Shown here: positions 58,886-64,000 of the stretch, piece by piece
Numbering within the stretch: the first letter of the stretch is position 1
How the letters are laid out: each line of letters starts with the position of its first letter
Source: Candidatus Woesearchaeota archaeon
Lineage (GTDB): Archaea; Nanobdellota; Nanobdellia; Woesearchaeales; JACPIF01
Reading direction: 5' to 3'
Assembly: GCA_016188215.1 (NCBI GenBank)
Contig: JACPIF010000011.1
Span: forward strand, 172,159-236,158
DNA length: 64,000 nucleotides
Notes under the pieces: generated by a model
What the model saw: only the letters and a program-made list of their open reading frames with translations
The model's database searches: none
Told to the model about the DNA's origin: nothing
Position numbers and translations under genes: made by a program

Positions 58886-60062
58886 ACTTATTATAGTTCT
58901 GCTCCAGAGCCAGGATTCCAGGCATTGCTTTGCCTGATATAAAATCAAGTGCCGCGCCCCCTCCTGAGCTCACATGCGTCATCTTCTTTGCCAGCTTAAC
59001 CTTATCAATGGCAGCGCTGCTGTCCCCCCCGCATACGATCCTGATGCTCTTCAGTTTTGCTAGGAACAGCGCAAGTTCTTTGGTTCCCTTCTCAAATTTC
59101 CTGACTTCAAACATGCCCACAGGGCCTGCCCAGATGATGGTATGCGCATACTTAAGTACATCTTTATACTGCGCAATGCTCTGCTTTCCGATATCAGCAA
59201 TCATCCATTTTTTTGGGATTTGCTGCACGCTGGCCTGCCTCACCCTGGCCTTTGCATCAAGCCTGTCAGCAATAACCGCGTCTGAAGGCAGCACGAGCTT
59301 CCCGCGATGCTCCCGCAGCAGCCTCTTTGCATCCTCAACGCTTTCAGCATCAAACTTGGAATTTCCGATATCTATGCCAGAGGCTTTTAGGAAGGTGTTT
59401 GCAAGGATTCCGCCCACTATGATAGTATCAACCTTGTGCACAAGGTGCTCTATTACAGTTATCTTGTCATGTTTCGCCCCGCCGATAATCGCGACAAAAG
59501 GCTTGTCAGCATGCTCCAGCACACTTAATTCCTGTAGCTCCTTTTCCACCAATAATCCTGCGCATGACGGCACGAATTTCTGCACACCGGAAATGGACGC
59601 ATAGTCCCTATGGCTCTGCCCGAATGCATCAAGCACGAAATAATCGCAGTACCCCGCCAAGGTGCGTGCATAGCTTTCCTCATTGTGCGTTTCTCCCGGC
59701 TCAAACTGCACATTCTCCAGCAGCACTATATCTCCCGGCTTCATCCGCCGTATGCCCTGCTCAACAAGCTGCCCGGTGGTATAGTCAAGCTTCACAATCT
59801 TTCTTCTGAGCATCCTTTCCAGGATTTTCGCGACATGCGTCAGCCTGAGGCCTTCAACAGTCTTCCCTTCCGGCCTTCCCAAGTGGCTTGCGATGATCAG
59901 CCTGCAATGTTGCGAAAGCAGGTATTTGATTGTGGGCAGCGTATCCCTTATCTTCTTTTCATCCTGAACCCTGCCTTTCCCGTCAACAGGCACATTGAAA
60001 TCAGCCCGCAGCAGAACCCTCTTTCCAGTAAAATCAAAATCGTGTAATGTATAGAAATGCAT
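58857..60062 (-). CDS. pgk: Phosphoglycerate kinase
   Basis: RADFNVP, SHLGRP, GGAK, GPVGMFE and HVSSGGGA motifs. Confidence 0.95.
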   Translation of the reverse strand: MHFYTLHDFDFTGKRVLLRADFNVPVDGKGRVQDEKKIRDTLPTIKYLLSQHCRLIIASHLGRPEGKTVEGLRLTHVAKILERMLRRKIVKLDYTTGQLVEQGIRRMKPGDIVLLENVQFEPGETHNEESYARTLAGYCDYFVLDAFGQSHRDYASISGVQKFVPSCAGLLVEKELQELSVLEHADKPFVAIIGGAKHDKITVIEHLVHKVDTIIVGGILANTFLKASGIDIGNSKFDAESVEDAKRLLREHRGKLVLPSDAVIADRLDAKARVRQASVQQIPKKWMIADIGKQSIAQYKDVLKYAHTIIWAGPVGMFEVRKFEKGTKELALFLAKLKSIRIVCGGDSSAAIDKVKLAKKMTHVSSGGGAALDFISGKAMPGILALEQNYNKFRVSVKLAH

Positions 60063-60084
60063 TGCACCCTCTTTTCCTGACTGG

Positions 60085-60213
60085 CTAACTTTTCAAAAAC
60101 AAAAATATAAGCGCAATTATGGCCAGGTATATGAGCCAGGTCCTGAACGATATCTTGTGCGCAGGCCCGTGCTGCTTCTTCTCATATTCTATAAACCGCC
60201 GGTCGTATTGCAT
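60085..60213 (-). CDS. Small single-TM protein (42 aa)
   Basis: MQYDRRFIEYEKK..WLIYLAIIALIFLFLKS; TATA upstream. Confidence 0.5.
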   Translation of the reverse strand: MQYDRRFIEYEKKQHGPAHKISFRTWLIYLAIIALIFLFLKS

Positions 60214-60337
60214 GCGGGAATGAATTGATATTTTTGTATATAAAGGTTGCTAATCAAGAATTACTAAAGCGATCAATCTCCTCTCTATTGAATTCTTCGC
60301 GTAAGCCTTTAAATATATTTGTATTCATAGTAGTGTA

Positions 60338-61318
60338 TCAAATTATATACTTCTTAACCTTCACCTTATCAGCCTTCCTCACAGCCTCATTCCATCCCAG
60401 CAGGTTATTCTTTGCGCCGATAGCCTGCAGCACGCTGCCTGCCTCCACCAGTCCAAGCTTCATGGCAAACTCAATATTGTTCCTGCGGAGCATGCCTGCG
60501 GCAAATCCTGATGCAAACGCGTCTCCTGCTCCTGTGCTCTCCACAACCTTTACTCCTGCCCCTGGAACAGAGTATGCATATGCTCCATCATATGCATATG
60601 CGCCGTTGCTGCCGTCAGTAATCACTGCAATTTTTGCATGCTCCTGCAGCGCTTTCAGCAGTGCGGGAATCGGCTTCTGCATCCGCAGCAGCTCTTTTGC
60701 CTCTTCCCTGTTGAGCGCCAGGATGCTGCATCCTTCAACAATCTTCTTCAGTTTCCTAAGTCCCATTGAAGCAAGGTACTGGCTCGGATTGAACGCATAA
60801 GGCACATTGCGTTTTTTGGCATACAATGCCAGTTGCTCAATAGTCTTGAGCGACTTCCCAATCATTGAGGAAAAGTAAAAGAATCTTGCAGCCATGTTCT
60901 GCGGGATATCCTGCCATGCAAGCTGGTCATTAACTCCCTTGTATGCCAGCACAGTCCTGTCGTGCCGCAGCCCTATAAGGATGATTGAAAGCCCGGTGTT
61001 CCCTTTCGCGTGGCTGCAGAGCATGCTGACATTTTCCTTCCGCAGCTCATGCTCAATCCCGTGCCTCTGGTGGTCATCCCCCAGCTTCCCGACCCATCCT
61101 GTCTTAAACCCAAGCCTGGAAAATGCAACCGCTGCATTTGTCCCGCCGCCTCCGGAGTAGCTGTGCAATTCTTCAATGAGCGACTTGCCGCCGATATGGA
61201 ATGCGACATCCAGATGGTGATCCCTGCTTTTGCCGTCCACCCTGACTTCCTGCTGGGAACGCTTCACCTTTACAAAGATGTCAACAGTCGCCGAGCCAAC
61301 GGTTATAACGTCAAGCAT
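60338..61318 (-). CDS. PfkB-family carbohydrate kinase
   Basis: GGGGTNAA, NREEA and STGAGDAF motifs. Confidence 0.92.
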   Translation of the reverse strand: MLDVITVGSATVDIFVKVKRSQQEVRVDGKSRDHHLDVAFHIGGKSLIEELHSYSGGGGTNAAVAFSRLGFKTGWVGKLGDDHQRHGIEHELRKENVSMLCSHAKGNTGLSIILIGLRHDRTVLAYKGVNDQLAWQDIPQNMAARFFYFSSMIGKSLKTIEQLALYAKKRNVPYAFNPSQYLASMGLRKLKKIVEGCSILALNREEAKELLRMQKPIPALLKALQEHAKIAVITDGSNGAYAYDGAYAYSVPGAGVKVVESTGAGDAFASGFAAGMLRRNNIEFAMKLGLVEAGSVLQAIGAKNNLLGWNEAVRKADKVKVKKYII

Positions 61319-61322
61319 AGTC

Positions 61323-62543
61323 TCAACCTGCAGCAGCCCCTGCTCTCTGCTGCCTTGCATAAAATCTCCTGATGAAAAACCTGAACACTATGGGGGATAT
61401 AAGCGTTGTAAGGAGCGCCATGAGGATGATGGCAGAGAAAATATCAACAGTGATTAGATAATTCTGCAATGCCAGGGTTGCAATGACCAGCTCAACATCC
61501 CCTTTTGGATTTACGCCCCAGCCGATAGTCATTCCTTCCAGCGCGCTGCCTTTGCTGAGCATTACCGCAAGCATCGTCCCTCCTACAGTTCCCAGGATTG
61601 CAACTGCAGTCAGCACCAGCCCGAAACCAAGATTATGGAGCATTGATGACACATTAGTGTTCAACCCGACCCATACAAAGAACAGTGGCACTAAAAAGCC
61701 GAATGCAAGTGTGTGGATGACTTTTGCAATGCTGTGCTCCTCAAAGATGCCATGCCTTCCCTCTGCAAGGAAGGTCTGCCGCACCAGGACGCCTGCTATT
61801 AGCGCCCCTATCAGCGCATCCAGCCCAAGGTACTCAGCAATGCCCGCCATCATGAGTGATATCATTACAGCCCCTGCAAAAAGCAGCGCCGGATTTTTTT
61901 CCTCATCCAGCCTGTCAATGATGAAAGGCACGAGGAATCTCCTGAATATGATTATAATCAGTATGAAAATTATCCCGCTCGCAAATATCTCAAACAATCC
62001 TGAGATATTTGATGTCGCATTGATTGCCATCAGTATTCCTGAGATCAGTATAAGCTCAAATATGTCATCAACAGCCCCTGCAGCAATGACCAAGCCACCT
62101 ATCCGCGTCTTGATAAGCCTGAATTCATCCAGCACATCCAGCGATATTGCCTGTGAGCTCACCGCAAGTGAAATGCCTATGATGACAGCAACCAAAGGCT
62201 CAAAATGGAAGACGAAGATGCCCAGCAGGACGCCTGCAGTGAACGGGATGGCAGTATTGAGGATGCTTATCAGCGCAGCCTGGTTCACATGCTTTCTGAA
62301 TTTCCGCATGTCAATCTCCATCCCGACGAAGAAGAACAGGAAGATAGTTCCAAGGTAAGCCAGGAAGCTGAATATCTCAAGCGTAGAAGGCGTGAAAAAG
62401 GAAGTCTTGAACAAGCTGATGCTCAGTACCATTCCTGCAGCAATCTGCCCGATCACCCTCGGAATCTTCAGCCTGACGCATACCTCGGAAAGGGCAAATG
62501 CAAGCACAATGCTCACGATAACCGCAGCTAGCGTTGTCACCAT
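61323..62543 (-). CDS. CPA2 cation:proton antiporter
   Basis: Many TM segments; AAGAVDD, PLFFVWVG and PKGDV motifs. Confidence 0.9.
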   Translation of the reverse strand: MVTTLAAVIVSIVLAFALSEVCVRLKIPRVIGQIAAGMVLSISLFKTSFFTPSTLEIFSFLAYLGTIFLFFFVGMEIDMRKFRKHVNQAALISILNTAIPFTAGVLLGIFVFHFEPLVAVIIGISLAVSSQAISLDVLDEFRLIKTRIGGLVIAAGAVDDIFELILISGILMAINATSNISGLFEIFASGIIFILIIIIFRRFLVPFIIDRLDEEKNPALLFAGAVMISLMMAGIAEYLGLDALIGALIAGVLVRQTFLAEGRHGIFEEHSIAKVIHTLAFGFLVPLFFVWVGLNTNVSSMLHNLGFGLVLTAVAILGTVGGTMLAVMLSKGSALEGMTIGWGVNPKGDVELVIATLALQNYLITVDIFSAIILMALLTTLISPIVFRFFIRRFYARQQRAGAAAG

Positions 62544-62584
62544 CTTTTCTAGAATTCATTGGGATAAGGGTATATAAGGATTTC

Positions 62585-63427
62585 TTATTTTATTCCGGAT
62601 ACAATCCAGGCGCTGTACGGGAATTCCAGCCTGCCATTCTTTGCATACTGCTGTGCAGCCCTGATAACTGCTTCCCGTATCTCCGCCACCTTGTCTTCAT
62701 ATGCCGAGCGCAGCGCCATGGCAATAGGTGCAGCAATCTCTGTCATGATTTCCCAGTACTGCTCAGGGCTTCCAAAAGCTGTTATCCCTTCCTGCTCTGT
62801 CAATGATACTTGCTTTAGTCCTGCACCCTTGAGCAGCCCTGCCAACTTCCCGGAATCAGCAAACCTGAAAACCTGTGGAGCATCCGCAGCAGGCGGCTCT
62901 ATGTTCAATGCCTTGTTAACTATCCCCCCAATGACCGTTACCCATGGATTTTTCTGAGGCAATGCCCATGCAGACAATGCAACTGCCCTGCCTGGCTTCG
63001 CCACCCGCACCATCTCCTGCACTGCAGCCGCTGGATCTGGAAAGAACATGACTCCAAACCTGCAGATGACAGCATCAAACGCCGCATCAGCAAACGGCAG
63101 CTTAGTTGCATCGGCCACCTCTGCAGTATAGTTCATAACACCCTTTCTCCTCGCATGCTCAAGGGCGATTGCAACCATCTCCTGTGAAAGATCAGTTCCT
63201 ATAACAGCTCCCTTGCCGACCAAGGCAGCAGCAGTGATTCCCGGCTCTCCAGTCCCTGTTGCAACATCCAGTACATTATAGCCGTCCTGCAGCTTGGCAG
63301 CTTCAAGCAATGCATCTCCCACAGGCTTCAGCTTATGCATCATGAATGTATCATGCTTCTTCCAGCCATGCGCAAACGCATCCCAGCTCTTCCGCTGGGC
63401 CTCCCGTATCTCATTGACAGTTGCCAT
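62585..63427 (-). CDS. UbiE-like class I SAM methyltransferase
   Basis: VLDVATGTGEP, LPFAD..FD and RVAKPG motifs. Confidence 0.9.
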   Translation of the reverse strand: MATVNEIREAQRKSWDAFAHGWKKHDTFMMHKLKPVGDALLEAAKLQDGYNVLDVATGTGEPGITAAALVGKGAVIGTDLSQEMVAIALEHARRKGVMNYTAEVADATKLPFADAAFDAVICRFGVMFFPDPAAAVQEMVRVAKPGRAVALSAWALPQKNPWVTVIGGIVNKALNIEPPAADAPQVFRFADSGKLAGLLKGAGLKQVSLTEQEGITAFGSPEQYWEIMTEIAAPIAMALRSAYEDKVAEIREAVIRAAQQYAKNGRLEFPYSAWIVSGIK

Positions 63428-63549
63428 TAGATTTTCACGCTCACTTCCATCCCATCAAACCCAAAATCATGGAATCTGCTCCGGTAGTTCCCTAATTTCC
63501 TTACGTAGTCCAAGTAATCTTTCAACAGTCTTATAATAGCCTCATTCAT
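63427..63549 (-). CDS. Possible 40-aa protein
   Basis: TATA upstream; TAATG overlap with the methyltransferase gene. Confidence 0.35.
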   Translation of the reverse strand: MNEAIIRLLKDYLDYVRKLGNYRSRFHDFGFDGMEVSVKI

Positions 63550-63629
63550 CCAAGAATTGACAAATGTATATAAATACTGGCAAAACTTTATTATTGAAAA
63601 TTCATGAATAAAAAATAAGAAAAAAATAT

Positions 63630-64000
63630 TTATCTTCGCTTGCCTCTTCCAATTGAGGGCATCATTTCTCCCACTTGTGCAAGTCCCCATATGCCTTTAA
63701 GTGCTACTACTAGCACTGCTGGCACTATAAACGCCATCGAGTACTGCACAACTCCTGCCAGCCATGGCCCTATCCACTGTATCTTCTCCAGTCCTATGCC
63801 TCCAGTTGCTGTTCCTCCAGCCCACAAGACAATTACTAGCATTGTAGCAATTGCCAGGAAATCTTTAGCCTCTCTTCCACCTACATTAAGTAAGCCTACA
63901 ATCAAGCCAAGCACTACTAACAAAGAAGTTAGCCAAACCGTTGCTGCTCCTAATGAAGATGCTGCTATTCCAAGAAGCACAGCAAGTATTACTCCCAACA
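63630..64000 (-). CDS. Small membrane protein, 5' end probably outside the window
   Basis: Hydrophobic ORF with LGLIVGLLNV..E..FL motif. Confidence 0.7.
   Translation of the reverse strand, partial: LGVILAVLLGIAASSLGAATVWLTSLLVVLGLIVGLLNVGGREAKDFLAIATMLVIVLWAGGTATGGIGLEKIQWIGPWLAGVVQYSMAFIVPAVLVVALKGIWGLAQVGEMMPSIGRGKRR

Noticed and set aside
1-64000. CRISPR array, rRNA, integrase or transposase, intein
   Set aside because: No regularly spaced repeats or diagnostic motifs seen; infB and lig have normal lengths.

Overview
Archaeal chromosomal DNA, most consistent with a DPANN lineage such as Woesearchaeota. Evidence: aIF5B, aEF1B, Dph5/Dph2, Hel308, Rpp21, archaeal PpcA, CarS, TATA boxes about 25 nt before mostly leaderless starts, BHB tRNA introns, class III signal peptides and DUF5752-like proteins. 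The housekeeping backbone is interrupted by small accessory inserts (HTH + nucleotidyltransferase pair, Fic, Bro-N) and by a ~10.5 kb AT-rich island of secreted proteins lying between psd-pssA and carS. The most notable signals are: (1) a tandem [small secreted protein + S8 protease] cassette pair sharing a 306-bp repeat; (2) four tRNAs, three of them intron-containing, including a BHB intron at position 10/11 and a 116-nt multi-hairpin intron; (3) modular GC-rich REP-like palindromes whose hairpin module also appears in a tRNA intron; (4) structured non-coding sequence on both sides of ftsZ; (5) apparently split Hel308 and Dph2 genes. All calls come from manual reading; no database searches or folding programs were run.
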